Positions 27,694-38,782 are shown, counted from the first letter of the stretch. The stretch is DNA of 64,000 nt from Nitrosopumilus sp. (GCA_965238275.1 OZ250186.1:352001-416000), one strand, 5' to 3'. The notes: generated by a model from the sequence alone, not told the origin. Program-made: numbers and translations.

Positions 27694-29853
27694 CTACCTG
27701 ATCCTCCTCTTCAGTTCGGACTTTATTTTGTTTGCAAGTGCGGGCCCTATCTTGTCGACTTCTGCAAGCCTCCTTGGGGTGACCCCGGAGAGATCCTCGA
27801 GGGTCCTGATCCCGCTCTTGTATAGCGCCCTTGCCCTCACCCTGCCTATCCCCTTTATGCGCACAAGGCCCACAAGCTCCTCGCCGATTCCGTTGACCAC
27901 CCGGGTTCTCAGCGTGTTAATCTCCTCAAGCAGCTCGGTCCGGTCTGCAATCTTTGAGATCTCGCCCAGGCAGTAGAGGAGCCGGTCTGCGTTCTCGACT
28001 AGCCTGTGCATGTCGCCTGACTCGACTCCCAGGGTGTCAGATATGGCAAGCTCGGAGGACTCTGATATCCACGAATGGAGTGCAAGCAGGCTCCGGGACG
28101 CGTAATGGGCAGCGGCGGCGGCGGCGGCGGCAGCAGCAGCAGGCACGGACCCCAGCATCTGTTCTGGATGGCTTTCAACTAGTGCCTGTGCCAGGTCGTG
28201 ATCCCTGACCCTAAGTGCGAACTTTGGATAAAACTCCTCGCATTCGGTCACCAGGTGCAGGAACCCAAGCGTGTGCGTTCCCGGGGTCGCGTCCCTTGCA
28301 GCCTCAAGGAGGGTCGTGGCAGTCACTGGATCAAGGTACAGCAGGGACGTCCTTCTTCCCAGCCTGGTTGCAGCATACCTGCCGCCCTTTTGCACTATCA
28401 TGGAGTTGCCCGTGAGGAGCCGCAGCGATATGTTCACGCCGAACTTGACAGAGGACGTGCGGGACTGCTGCCCCCCCAGCGTCTCCAGGAAAAAGTCCAA
28501 AATGTCCTCTTTTTTTATTCCTGGGTTTGTGACGATTACGCTGAGCGTGTGTATTCTCAGGGACCGGTCATCCATTATCTGGGACTCGATCGGTTCAGGC
28601 TCCCCGTTAACATAGTACTCCATGAGATCCCCGTACGTGTCAGTCTCAATCACTATGGACTCCCCGTACTCGTCGTACTGGGGCCGTCCGGCCCTCCCGC
28701 ACAGCTGCTTGTACTCCAGCACGCTGATTGGCGCGTTCACGCCTGCCCTGGCGTCATACCTGCTGACGCTTGATATCACCACCCTCCTTGCAGGCAGGTT
28801 GACTCCTGCAGCAAGAGTGGGAGTCGACGAGAGCAGCTTGATTGTCCCCCTGCGGAACTCGTCTTCGATCGTCTCCCTGCAGTTCTGGTTCAGTCCGGCG
28901 TGATGGAATGCAACGCCCTTTTTGACCAGCGCGGCAAGCGTCGTTACCAGTTCGGTGTGCTCATTCCTTGACATGATGTCGCCGGAGACCTTCTCAAGCC
29001 TGCCTGCGTCTGCTGCCTTGAGGGTGCCTGATATCGCGTCTGCTGCCTTTGTCGCAAGGGATTTTGAGCGGACGCGGGTCGATGCAAATATCAGGGACTG
29101 CCCCCCGTCAAGCACCGACTGCACGCCAAGGTCCACGGGCGTCCCCCGCACGCTGTGCGGAACCTCAAAGGTGCGGCCGTCATTCATTGTGACCACCCCC
29201 CCGCTGTACACCCCCTCAGACAGCGGGACCGGCCTCCAGCTGTTCTGGACCAGCTTGCACCCCAGCCACCTTGCTATCTCCTCTGAGTTGGTAACAGTGG
29301 CGCTCAGGCCCACTATCTGGGGTTTGGTGTTCAGCCGCCTGAGCTGCGTGAGGGTCATCTCAAGGGCCGGACCCCTTCCCCGGTCCCCTATCAGGTGCAC
29401 CTCGTCAGATATCACCAGCCCTATGTCCTCAAGCCAGTCCTCGCCGCGCCTTATTATGGAGTCCATCTTTTCGTTGGTCAGGACCAGCACGTCGTTCTTG
29501 TCCAGGTTTCGGCGGGAGCCCTCATAGTCCCCGGTGTCCATCCCCACCCGGATGCTCCTCCTCTCAAGGGCGACGTTCTGGAGTTCCCTAAACTCTGCAA
29601 ACTTTTCTGCTGCAAGGGCGCGCAGCGGACTGAGGTATACCACCTTCCCGCCGTTCCCGGAGAGGTATCCCAGCATCGCAATCATTGCAATCAGGGTCTT
29701 TCCGCTTGCCGTGGGCGCAGACACCAGGATGCTCTCCCCCTCAAGCAGGCCGGCCTTTACGCTTGCCGCCTGCGGCGGGTACAGCTCCTCAAACCCCTGC
29801 GACACGAGAAACTCGATTGCGGGGTTGGGAAGTTTCAGGTTTTCTATTTTCAT
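27694..29853 (-). CDS. hel308: Ski2-like DNA helicase Hel308/Hjm
   Basis: APTASGKT, DEVH, AFHHAGL, TLAAGVNLPA, QLCGRAGRP, C-terminal HhH. Confidence 0.93.
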   Translation of the reverse strand: MKIENLKLPNPAIEFLVSQGFEELYPPQAASVKAGLLEGESILVSAPTASGKTLIAMIAMLGYLSGNGGKVVYLSPLRALAAEKFAEFRELQNVALERRSIRVGMDTGDYEGSRRNLDKNDVLVLTNEKMDSIIRRGEDWLEDIGLVISDEVHLIGDRGRGPALEMTLTQLRRLNTKPQIVGLSATVTNSEEIARWLGCKLVQNSWRPVPLSEGVYSGGVVTMNDGRTFEVPHSVRGTPVDLGVQSVLDGGQSLIFASTRVRSKSLATKAADAISGTLKAADAGRLEKVSGDIMSRNEHTELVTTLAALVKKGVAFHHAGLNQNCRETIEDEFRRGTIKLLSSTPTLAAGVNLPARRVVISSVSRYDARAGVNAPISVLEYKQLCGRAGRPQYDEYGESIVIETDTYGDLMEYYVNGEPEPIESQIMDDRSLRIHTLSVIVTNPGIKKEDILDFFLETLGGQQSRTSSVKFGVNISLRLLTGNSMIVQKGGRYAATRLGRRTSLLYLDPVTATTLLEAARDATPGTHTLGFLHLVTECEEFYPKFALRVRDHDLAQALVESHPEQMLGSVPAAAAAAAAAAAHYASRSLLALHSWISESSELAISDTLGVESGDMHRLVENADRLLYCLGEISKIADRTELLEEINTLRTRVVNGIGEELVGLVRIKGIGRVRARALYKSGIRTLEDLSGVTPRRLAEVDKIGPALANKIKSELKRRIR

Positions 29854-31946
29854 ACCCGGTTATAGTGGCCTGGCCTTGATTCATAAATAGATGCTTCCCT
29901 TTGCATCCTTTTGATGAACTCCCTTGCCTCGTCGTCGGTAAACTTTTCAGTCTTTCCAAGCTCCTTGACAAGCGTCTTCTCCTCCACAGGTATCTTGTTG
30001 TCGCCCTCTAGCGACTTTAGCACGTCCATGAACAGCCGCATCCGGGATACCTCGCTTCTTGGCTTTCCCTGCAAGACGCCCAAGTCCACCTTGCCGGTGT
30101 TGACGTCCACGCCTGCATCCTGCAGCATGCTCTGAATCAGGAATATGGCGCGCTCTGCGTCCTCCCCCTCTACTGTGTCCTTCATCAGCAGCCTGGCCCT
30201 TGCCGTGGAGAGCCTGATTATTCCCTCCAGCTGCCTCGGGGTTACTGTGATCATCTCTTCTGATTCCACGTTCCTCATCTGAAGGTAGTAGTCCAGTATC
30301 TTCGCCTCTGCCTCCTTTGTCAGGCTGGGCGCAGAGCGCTTTGCATACGAGAGGTATTTCGTGAGCGTATCCACGTCAATCACAGAGCGCCTGTCTGTTC
30401 CCTTGGGGGTGTGCAGATCTATGATGTGCCTTGCAATCACCTCGTCCCTCTCCCGTGTGGGTATGTCCCTTACGACAAATATCAGGTCAAAACGCGTCAG
30501 AAGCGGGATCGGCAGGTTGACGTTTTCTGTAATGTTCTTGAAGGGATCGTACTTGCCGTACATCGGGTTGGCCGCAGCCAGGATGGATGTTCTTGCGTTG
30601 AGCGTGGCCACGATTCCCCCCTTTGCTATGCTTGCAGACTGCTGCTCCATGACCTCGTGCAGCGCGCTTCTGTCCTCGGGTTTCATCTTGTCAAACTCGT
30701 CGATGCTGACCAGCCCCTGATCGCCGAGCACGACGGCGCCTGCCTCAAGCATCATGATTCCGGTCTTGTCCCGGACTACGGCAGCTGTCAGGCCCGCCGC
30801 AGTGGAGCCCCTGCCGGACGTGTACAGGCCGCGCGGGGCGATCCTTGAGCAGAACTTTAGCATCTCGCTCTTTGCGGTTCCCGGATCCCCCACCAGAAAC
30901 ACGTTGATGTCGCCCCGAATCTTGCTTCCGTCCACCAGCAGCCTCTGGTTGGAGCCTACGATCAGCAGCAGTATGGCCTCTTTTATCAGCGACTGGCCCT
31001 GGATGTGCGGCGCAAACGAGTCTATCAGCCTCTGGTATACGTCCGGACTCTGGGCCAGTGCCCTGATCATCTTCTCCTCCTCCGGGGAGATCTCCTCCCT
31101 CTCAATCTTGCGCGAGGTCTTTGTGCCCTGGCCGCCCAGAAACTCTACGTTGTTTCCCTCGATCCTCAGCCGGTAAAGTCCGCTGTGTCCCCTCTGGACT
31201 CCTGCCACGGACTCCTGCTCTACCCGGACCAGCCCGGTAAGAATTATCCTGTCTCCCGGCCTTGCGCTGTTCACCAGATCCTGTTTGATTGAGACGTCGA
31301 TGTAGTGGGGCAGCTGTCCTGGCGGCAGATCCTCTGGAAGCTCCTGCAGTCTGAGAATCTGAAAGTCGATAAACCTGCTCTCCTCGGGCTTTAGCTCAAA
31401 CTCGCGGTGCTTGCACTCTGTATTGCTGCACCTCACGGGGGTCGAGACGTCCATTCCCTTTATCCGGATCACCCTGTTGGGGTGTCCGTCAGGACAGGCA
31501 AAGAGCAGCTCCTTGGCAAGCGGCTTTACCTCAGAGGCCCTTACCACCATTCCAGACACGCTGGTTATGGTCCCTATGGTCTCTGCATTGATCTGCCGCA
31601 GGCTCCGTTCCAGCGGGTAGTTGACTATTCTGACGCGGATCTCGTCTTTGATCTTCTCGGCATACTCGGGGAATCTCGTCTGGAGGGCCTCCTTGATTGC
31701 GTTTGAAAACGTCTCAAGGATGCGGTCAGGGTTCTCCGTAAACATGGCCTCGATCTCAGGCTGTGTCACCAGGTCGTTATAGTCCACGATGATATACTTT
31801 GTATTCCTTGGCATCATCTGGTCTATTGCATCCAGGTACCGGTATGCGCCGTCCCTGTTTTTGAACCTGACAAGAAACTGCTTTACCAGATCAGACAGCG
31901 CAGAGTCGCTAAACGTCCTGACCTGCGTCTCACTCATGGGCCACAT
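29850..31946 (-). CDS. mcm: Replicative helicase MCM
   Basis: GDPGTAKS, IDEFDKM, LLTRFDL. No intein visible. Confidence 0.97.
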   Translation of the reverse strand: MWPMSETQVRTFSDSALSDLVKQFLVRFKNRDGAYRYLDAIDQMMPRNTKYIIVDYNDLVTQPEIEAMFTENPDRILETFSNAIKEALQTRFPEYAEKIKDEIRVRIVNYPLERSLRQINAETIGTITSVSGMVVRASEVKPLAKELLFACPDGHPNRVIRIKGMDVSTPVRCSNTECKHREFELKPEESRFIDFQILRLQELPEDLPPGQLPHYIDVSIKQDLVNSARPGDRIILTGLVRVEQESVAGVQRGHSGLYRLRIEGNNVEFLGGQGTKTSRKIEREEISPEEEKMIRALAQSPDVYQRLIDSFAPHIQGQSLIKEAILLLIVGSNQRLLVDGSKIRGDINVFLVGDPGTAKSEMLKFCSRIAPRGLYTSGRGSTAAGLTAAVVRDKTGIMMLEAGAVVLGDQGLVSIDEFDKMKPEDRSALHEVMEQQSASIAKGGIVATLNARTSILAAANPMYGKYDPFKNITENVNLPIPLLTRFDLIFVVRDIPTRERDEVIARHIIDLHTPKGTDRRSVIDVDTLTKYLSYAKRSAPSLTKEAEAKILDYYLQMRNVESEEMITVTPRQLEGIIRLSTARARLLMKDTVEGEDAERAIFLIQSMLQDAGVDVNTGKVDLGVLQGKPRSEVSRMRLFMDVLKSLEGDNKIPVEEKTLVKELGKTEKFTDDEAREFIKRMQREASIYESRPGHYNRV

Positions 31947-32448
31947 CCATTATCTGTGCCTCAAGGGCCTGACTGTTCTCATAGATGGTCTTGTAAAAGA
32001 TGCTCTCCTCGACAGTCAGCCTGCCGTACAGGTCCGAATTCAGCTTGATAGAGTCTGCCAGTTTTACCAGCTTGCCGCGTCTCATCCTGAACAGCTCCAG
32101 CATCATGCTCTCGATCCTGTCAAAGTCATCGCGGGCAAGCTCCCTCATGGACTCTCTTAGCTTTATGTAAAAGTGGGAGTCAAGCGTGGCCATCTGGTAC
32201 TCCCCAACCATCTTCTCCTTTGCAAGGGCCTGCTTGAGCTCGGTAATCATGTCCGGCGATTCCAGCACCCCAAGATTGTTCTTGTCAAGAATCTTGCCCA
32301 GCCACCGCGGTATGTTGTTGACCTCGCCCTGGGTTCCCTTTACCTTGGTGCCGGCAACATCGAATCCAAAGTCCCGGCTGACAGTAAACTTTGCATCCTT
32401 TAGGCCATATCCTATAGAGTGTACCTTTTCCACGCTGCCAATATCCAT
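31930..32448 (-). CDS. GINS complex subunit (GINS23-type)
   Basis: IPRWL, FYIK, RRGKLVKLA, LTVEE. Immediately upstream of mcm, a conserved archaeal arrangement. Confidence 0.8.
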   Translation of the reverse strand: MDIGSVEKVHSIGYGLKDAKFTVSRDFGFDVAGTKVKGTQGEVNNIPRWLGKILDKNNLGVLESPDMITELKQALAKEKMVGEYQMATLDSHFYIKLRESMRELARDDFDRIESMMLELFRMRRGKLVKLADSIKLNSDLYGRLTVEESIFYKTIYENSQALEAQIMDVAHE

Positions 32449-32704
32449 CAAAATCACTGCTCCTCTCTTAATCCCCAATTAGAGATAAGTGTAAGGAGAA
32501 GCTATTCTGTAACTCAAATTATTCACACGTAACATGCAATGAGCGTTTGTATTTTAGCGGTGGGTAATTATGATATAACCTAGAGTGTATCCAGAGCCTG
32601 CCTGAACTGATGCAACAGACAGGGTTCATGCTTGCACTTGGGCGTGCCAGAATCGCTGCGGCAAATCTGCCCGATTTATTAGTGGGAATCACGCGCATAC
32701 CATC

Positions 32705-33655
32705 ATGTCAGGCGCGGGCATGTGGGTGGAAAAGTATCGGCCCAAGACACTCTCAGAGGTAGTCAACCAGACAGACATAATTGGAAGTCTGGAGGCACTA
32801 ATCAAGGATCCCACGGACATGCCGCATCTTCTGTTCTCGGGTTCTGCAGGAGTGGGCAAGACGACCACGGCCCTGTGCATCACCAGGCAGATTCTCGGGG
32901 ACCACTCCAAGGACTACACCCTTGAGCTTAACGCCTCTGACGAGAGGGGGATAGATATGGTAAGGGAGAGGGTAAAGAAGTTCTCAAGGTTTGCAGGCAT
33001 GAGCGACCTGCCATTCAAGATCATAATACTGGACGAGGCAGACGAGATGACCTCCGGCGCCCAGACGGCGCTGCGGAGGATCATCGAGGATACTGCAAGG
33101 ACGTGCCGGTTCATCCTGATAGCAAACAACGTATCAAAGATCATAGATCCGCTGCAGAGCAGGTGCGCCACATTCAAGTTCACATCTGTCGCAGAAGACG
33201 ATGTCATCGCAAGACTCGAGGAGATCGCAGGCAGGGAGGGCGTCTCCACTGACAGGGGCGGCCTCAAGGCAGTATATGACTACTCGGAGGGGGACATGAG
33301 GCATGCAATCAACATCATGCAGGCCGCTGCGAGCCTTGGCCCGATTACAGAGGAGAACGTCAAGGTATCTGCCGGACTGACAAGAACCTCCGACGTCGAT
33401 ACTGTCCTGAAGGCGGCGCTGTCAGGCAGGCTGGTCGAGGCAAGAGAGAAGATGATCGAGCTGATCCGGGTGTATGGAATGTCCGAGTCGGACTTTCTCA
33501 AGTATATCAACTCTGCAGTGTTCAAGTCAAGGCATGACAGGCTCCCGGAGATTCTTGAGATCATTGCAAGGTACGACTACCGGGTGCTGGTAGGCGCAAA
33601 CTCGGAGATCCAGCTCTCTGCAATGCTTGCAGAGCTTGGAACCCTGAAGGACTGA
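32705..33655 (+). CDS. rfcS: Replication factor C small subunit
   Basis: WVEKYRP, GSAGVGKT, LNASDERG, DEAD, SRC. Confidence 0.95.
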   Translation: MSGAGMWVEKYRPKTLSEVVNQTDIIGSLEALIKDPTDMPHLLFSGSAGVGKTTTALCITRQILGDHSKDYTLELNASDERGIDMVRERVKKFSRFAGMSDLPFKIIILDEADEMTSGAQTALRRIIEDTARTCRFILIANNVSKIIDPLQSRCATFKFTSVAEDDVIARLEEIAGREGVSTDRGGLKAVYDYSEGDMRHAINIMQAAASLGPITEENVKVSAGLTRTSDVDTVLKAALSGRLVEAREKMIELIRVYGMSESDFLKYINSAVFKSRHDRLPEILEIIARYDYRVLVGANSEIQLSAMLAELGTLKD

Positions 33656-33687
33656 GCCGCCGGTCCAGGCACGATTGGAATGAAAGG

Positions 33688-33771
33688 CGCAGAGAGAGGG
33701 ATTTGAACCCCCGTATGTTTGCACACACAGGCTCTCAAGGCCCGCGCCCTACCGAGCTAGGCGACCTCTGC
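33688..33771 (-). tRNA. tRNA-Ser(TGA)
   Basis: Acceptor GCAGAGG/TCTCTGC, anticodon arm CGGGC-CTTGAGA-GCCTG, long variable arm, discriminator G. Confidence 0.92.
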
Positions 33772-33902
33772 AAGGGTTTGTGAATGACGGTGGTTAAAAT
33801 TTGTTGAGGATCTTTATGCAGGATCAGGCTGTTTGGGAATTACGCTGAGCGGCATGCCGTCTAGTGCGGCATCTTAAAAATAAGAAAAAGGAAGAGGCTT
33901 CC

Positions 33903-34439
33903 TTAATGGTGTGAGTGTGGACCGCCACCGGAACTTGGCATCACGACGTACGTGCCTGCCTCCTTCTCGTGGTATTCCAGATATGATGGCTCGATCAGAA
34001 TTGCATGTGTGGGACATACCTCCTGACATGCCATGCACTGTGTACAGTCGTGCTCCCTGATTGGTTGTGATTTGTCCGTGTAGTCTAGACGATCATCCTG
34101 TTCTGTCTCGCCTGTTCCTTCAAACGTGGCATTAAGACAATCGGCTGCAGGAATGTCCTGCTCTGTCCTGAACCACTGGAAGGTCTGTACCGGACAGACG
34201 CTCATGCATGCGCCTGCTGCAATGCAAGAATCCCAGTCTACGGCGACAGTTGTCCCGTGGATACCGAGAGGAACCTGTTCCTCTCCTCTCTCCTCGTACG
34301 CTGCAAGGACGTTCTCGTCTGAGAATGCCTCACCGTCGGTCCTGCCTTCGCCCCAGATAAAGTGAAGATTCTCACCGTCTGAGTGATTGGTCTGTCCAAC
34401 TACTTCTAGATTTTCAACAAACTTTTCGTCTATTGGCAT
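33903..34439 (-). CDS. 4Fe-4S dicluster ferredoxin (Zfx-like), paralog 1
   Basis: CIAAGACMSVCP and CTQCMACQEVCP. Confidence 0.9.
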   Translation of the reverse strand: MPIDEKFVENLEVVGQTNHSDGENLHFIWGEGRTDGEAFSDENVLAAYEERGEEQVPLGIHGTTVAVDWDSCIAAGACMSVCPVQTFQWFRTEQDIPAADCLNATFEGTGETEQDDRLDYTDKSQPIREHDCTQCMACQEVCPTHAILIEPSYLEYHEKEAGTYVVMPSSGGGPHSHH

Positions 34440-34521
34440 GGATTCCTTTATTTTCGATTATTATTTAAAGCTAAACAAAATTAGTCACGACTAAACCGGA
34501 ATTTTAGAGAATGTATGGGTA

Positions 34522-35034
<513 letters not shown>

Positions 35035-35076
35035 TCAGGATCGGCGCGAATGTTATTTAAAGATAGAGAATATTGA

Positions 35077-36245
35077 GAGGTTGGTGCGTAATTCCGATAT
35101 GTCCTAATCTGAATATTTCCCGCCGCATTCTCACGGGCGGGGTCAGATACGGACGGGTCGGATTATCAGGCGCACTCCGTGCAAGCCGAACCGCCGTAGG
35201 ACGGTATCGGTATATTTAGCCGGCGGGCGCACTCAAACCGGTTGAGAACCCGGATGTTCCATGAGATTGCCCTTCCCTTGGCAAACCGGCGCCGATTGTC
35301 TTCGCGCACGAACCTGCAGTGAAGCTGGTGCCGCCGGCTCTCCTCGGCCCCGAATATGCCTTCCACCAGGGCTCTTGTCTTGTACTCGTGCGAGTCAAAC
35401 AGCCCGGCTGCCTTCTTCCTGCTTGGCTTGCCCCTGCTGACGGCGTCTTTTCTCTGCTTGATGTTGGGCACCATGCCCATCCAGAACAGATCCTTGAAGT
35501 TGTAGTCGGCGTCATACCCGCGGTCCGCATCAAAGACGTTCCCCGAAAAGTCAAACCCGCGGCGCCTGATCTCTGCCAGCATGACTGGCAGCATCGTGAC
35601 GTCGTTGACGTTACCCGGCGTGGCAAACGTGGCCAGCACAATCTGTAGTCCCAGGATGGCCGTTATGTGGTATTTCCAGTAGGTTTTTTGACGCATCTCG
35701 ACGAAATTACGCTCCTTTTTGTAGGGTTTTTCGATGTCTTCGTACCTGGTAGTCTCCACCCCGCTGCTGTCTGCGGCCAGCGGCCCGGTAGCCCCGGACG
35801 CCCCGGCGATGCAGCGGCGTGCAGTCTCGGCCAGCACCAAATCCATCCAGTCTGGCGGGATGGTCTGGAGGTGCCTGACTATCGTGGTGTGGTCCGGCAC
35901 GGGCTCGCCGTCCCAGGGAGTTTGCATGTCGCGCAGGTCTGACTCTATCCTGCGAAAGGTGTTGTTGTATGACATCATCAGCAGGCAGGCAAAATCCAGC
36001 TTGTCCTTGGAGTGAATCCGGGGACGGCCCCTGTTGCTGTTTTCGGAGCGCGGGCAGGGATTCTCCTGAATCATTTCAATCAGCGTCCTCCTCAGGTGAG
36101 ATGCCTCAACTTCGTTTGCAAGTTCGTAGTACTGCCAGTATCTTTCCCGTCGGTTGTGTTTGATCATTATCGCGTGCGGGCGATCATGGGATCATTGAAT
36201 GTATCGGACTAGACTAGGCGGTCAGAAGAATTACGCACCAACCCC
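35077..36245 (-). mobile_element. IS5-like (DDE_Tnp_1) insertion sequence
   Basis: TIR GAGGTTGGTGCGTAATTC / GAATTACGCACCAACCCC (17/18). Perfect 9-bp TSD GAATATTGA at 35068-35076 and 36246-36254. Confidence 0.92.
35166..36167 (-). CDS. DDE transposase (IS5-like)
   Basis: PDHTTI, ADSSG, YWKYH, ADRGYD, YKTRALVEGIF. Confidence 0.88.
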   Translation of the reverse strand: MIKHNRRERYWQYYELANEVEASHLRRTLIEMIQENPCPRSENSNRGRPRIHSKDKLDFACLLMMSYNNTFRRIESDLRDMQTPWDGEPVPDHTTIVRHLQTIPPDWMDLVLAETARRCIAGASGATGPLAADSSGVETTRYEDIEKPYKKERNFVEMRQKTYWKYHITAILGLQIVLATFATPGNVNDVTMLPVMLAEIRRRGFDFSGNVFDADRGYDADYNFKDLFWMGMVPNIKQRKDAVSRGKPSRKKAAGLFDSHEYKTRALVEGIFGAEESRRHQLHCRFVREDNRRRFAKGRAISWNIRVLNRFECARRLNIPIPSYGGSACTECA

Positions 36246-36469
36246 GAATATTGATGCAGATTCAGGCTGATGCCGACCACGCCCGTCAGGCTGTCATTCC
36301 CTCACAGGGACGCGGCATGGCCTCGGTATGGTTTTGCAGACACGGTACGGAGCCGGTCGCAGCCACCGCCGGCATTCCCTTGGATATCTGCCCAATCCGG
36401 CAATCATGAATGCGCAGGCAGACCCGCCTCAAACAAGATTCATAACGCACGGCAAAGCCATCTGAGGAC

Positions 36470-37135
36470 ATGGATATCATCAAGTATGATGTGTACAGGG
36501 GATCAAACATAGGGGTGTACATCAGGACGAATGCGGATCTGGTCATGATCCCGATGGGGTTTGCCAAGTCAAGGGCAGAGAAACTGGGGGCATACCTTGG
36601 AGTCAGGTACATGTACATGTCAGTTGCAAACACCAGGCTGATAGGATCACTGTCGGTAATGAACAACAAGGGAATACTATTGCCAAAGACGGCGTATCAA
36701 AACGAGTATGACCTGCTGAGGGAAGAGACTGATCTGGAGGTCGGCGTGCTGGATTCAAGGTTTACCGCGCTTGGAAACGTGATATGCGCAAACGACAGGG
36801 GCGCAGTGGTGTCCCCGTGGCTCTCAGACAGGGACTGCCAGACTATATCAGACGTGCTGGGAGTCGAAACGATTCAGAGAAAGATCGCAGGATTCAACCA
36901 GACAGGGGCAGTCATGGTCGCAAACAACACCGGGGCTGCAATCCATCCCGAGGCAGACGAGAAGGACATGGAGATCTTTGCAAGCCTGCTGGGGGTAAAA
37001 GTCGAGCAGAGCTCCATAAACAACGGCATTCCCTATGTGGCATCGGGGATTCTTGCAAACGACAATGCCGTGGTGGTCGGAACGCTGACCACGGGTCCTG
37101 AGATAATGATGCTTACAAGGGCCTTTCTGAACTGA
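36470..37135 (+). CDS. eif6: Translation initiation factor 6 (aIF6)
   Basis: NIGVY, ALGNVICAND, GTLTTGPE. Confidence 0.93.
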   Translation: MDIIKYDVYRGSNIGVYIRTNADLVMIPMGFAKSRAEKLGAYLGVRYMYMSVANTRLIGSLSVMNNKGILLPKTAYQNEYDLLREETDLEVGVLDSRFTALGNVICANDRGAVVSPWLSDRDCQTISDVLGVETIQRKIAGFNQTGAVMVANNTGAAIHPEADEKDMEIFASLLGVKVEQSSINNGIPYVASGILANDNAVVVGTLTTGPEIMMLTRAFLN

Positions 37136-38426
37136 GGACGGATCTTGGATCCTCGGTGAGTTTTTCCAAGAGTATGACCCCCTCCGTGCCATCCTGCATG
37201 TCACGCAACACGACGCCCCCCTCTGCCAGTTCCTGCGGCCCCACGATTATGGCAAACCTTGCACTGCCTGCCACGTCCATCTGCTTTTTGAGGCTCCTGC
37301 CTACAAGATCCATGTCAGCGTGTAGGCCGTTGAGCCGGAGGAGCGACGTGATGGAGGATGCGACCTTTTGCATCTCGGCATTGACGTAAAGCACCGCGAC
37401 TCTTTCCCTGACAGGAGACGGCACTATTCCCTGTTGGTGCATTGTCAGGATTATCCTCTCCACGCCGCCTGCAACGCCGGATGCCCCTATGTCGTCTCTT
37501 CCAAAGGCCCGAGTCAGCGCGTCATACCTGCCGCCGCCTGCCAGCGCGCCAAGCCCGGAGCCCTCTGCAAACACCTCAAAGACGGTACCAGAGTAGTAGT
37601 CAAGTCCGCGGACTATGCCAAAGTTAATCCTGACGTTTGAGACGCCCCTGTTCTCCAGGGATTCAAAGAGATTCTTCAGGTAATCCCACCACTCCAGATG
37701 GGCAGTGTCAAACATCCCCTCCACCTCGGGTATGGTTCCCCTGACCTGGGAAAACTCCAGGATCAGTTCCAGTTTCTGCCGGTCATACCCCTTTTCTTCA
37801 AATTCGCGCAGAATCTCTTTGTGCGGTTTTTTTGACGTCTTGTCCACTGCGCGCAGGATGTCGGCGACCAGCCCGGGATCCTGCGATCCAAAGACCCCGT
37901 TGATGTACGACTCGACCAGACCCCGGTGGCTGATGTCGATTGTAACTCCCTTTAGGAGAAGCGAGTCAAACAGTCGCGACGTCATCTCGATTATCTCGGA
38001 TTCGGACTCCAGGGACGGCTTGCTGTAAATCTCCACATTCCATTGGTGAAAGTAGCGGTACCGTCCTTTCTGCGGCTCGTCGTACCTGAAGACGCCCCCA
38101 AAGCTTGAGAGCTTGGCAGGGAGCCTCATGGACTTTTGGGATGCGATGTACCGGGTCAGCCCCATGGTAAAGTCAAAGCGCAGCGCCACCTCCCGCTCCC
38201 CCTTGTCCTCAAAGTAGTATATCTCCTCCCGGATTGCAGGACCCGACTTGGTCTCCAGGGTGGAGAGCAGCTCTATCGGGGACGGCTCCATGAACGAGAA
38301 CCCGTACGAGAACCCGCCTACAGCTGTCAGAGAGCCTCCGAAAGTGGTGCCTGACATGCTCTGATGTCCGCTGCCTCTAGGCAGCCTCATCAAGTCCTTC
38401 ATTCCGCGCAAGGGCAAAAGTTTCAA
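37113..38426 (-). CDS. hisS: Histidine--tRNA ligase (5' end scrambled by compensating indels)
   Basis: LRFDFT, FRYDEPQKGRYRYFHQ, RGLDYY, GGGRYD. Start inferred at TTG 38426 (MKLLPLRGMKD). Confidence 0.9.
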   Translation of the reverse strand: MKLLPLRGMKDLMRLPRGSGHQSMSGTTFGGSLTAVGGFSYGFSFMEPSPIELLSTLETKSGPAIREEIYYFEDKGEREVALRFDFTMGLTRYIASQKSMRLPAKLSSFGGVFRYDEPQKGRYRYFHQWNVEIYSKPSLESESEIIEMTSRLFDSLLLKGVTIDISHRGLVESYINGVFGSQDPGLVADILRAVDKTSKKPHKEILREFEEKGYDRQKLELILEFSQVRGTIPEVEGMFDTAHLEWWDYLKNLFESLENRGVSNVRINFGIVRGLDYYSGTVFEVFAEGSGLGALAGGGRYDALTRAFGRDDIGASGVAGGVERIILTMHQQGIVPSPVRERVAVLYVNAEMQKVASSITSLLRLNGLHADMDLVGRSLKKQMDVAGSARFAIIVGPQELAEGGVVLRDMQDGTEGVILLEKLTEDPRSVLSSERPL

Positions 38427-38544
38427 CTTTGTACCAGTCGTTTGGCAATTGAGGGATTGTCGGAATTTAAGCATTGACGCCTCCAAGGATGCGCCGGGTT
38501 CAGGCTGATTCGGGATTGGAACAAAAAGCATGTATGTTCTGCTG

Positions 38545-38770
38545 AATAAAAGGCGCGTGTCAGGATTCAATTGCAATCAGGACAAAAACAAGATCGACAG
38601 GCTGCAAATCCTTTCATCCTGCAATACCTGAATCATTCTGCAGGGATTTTCTGCAACGTACAATAAAAGGCGCGTGTCAGGCAATCAGGACAAAAACAAG
38701 ATCGACAGGCTGCAAATCCTTTCATCCTGCAATACCTGAATCATTCTGCAGGGATTTTCTGCAACGTACA
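38545..38770. repeat. Tandem duplication of a ~110-bp intergenic segment
   Basis: 38545-38661 and 38662-38769 are identical except for 9 bp (ATTCAATTG) missing from copy 2. Confidence 0.9.
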
Positions 38771-38782
38771 AGGCCAAGCATG

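Noticed and set aside
32480-32700. Replication origin between GINS/MCM and RFC
   Set aside because: No ORB-like repeats or adjacent cdc6/orc1 seen; consistent with a divergent promoter region.
29850-33655. Inteins in MCM or RFC-S
   Set aside because: Protein lengths and motifs are continuous with no insertion.
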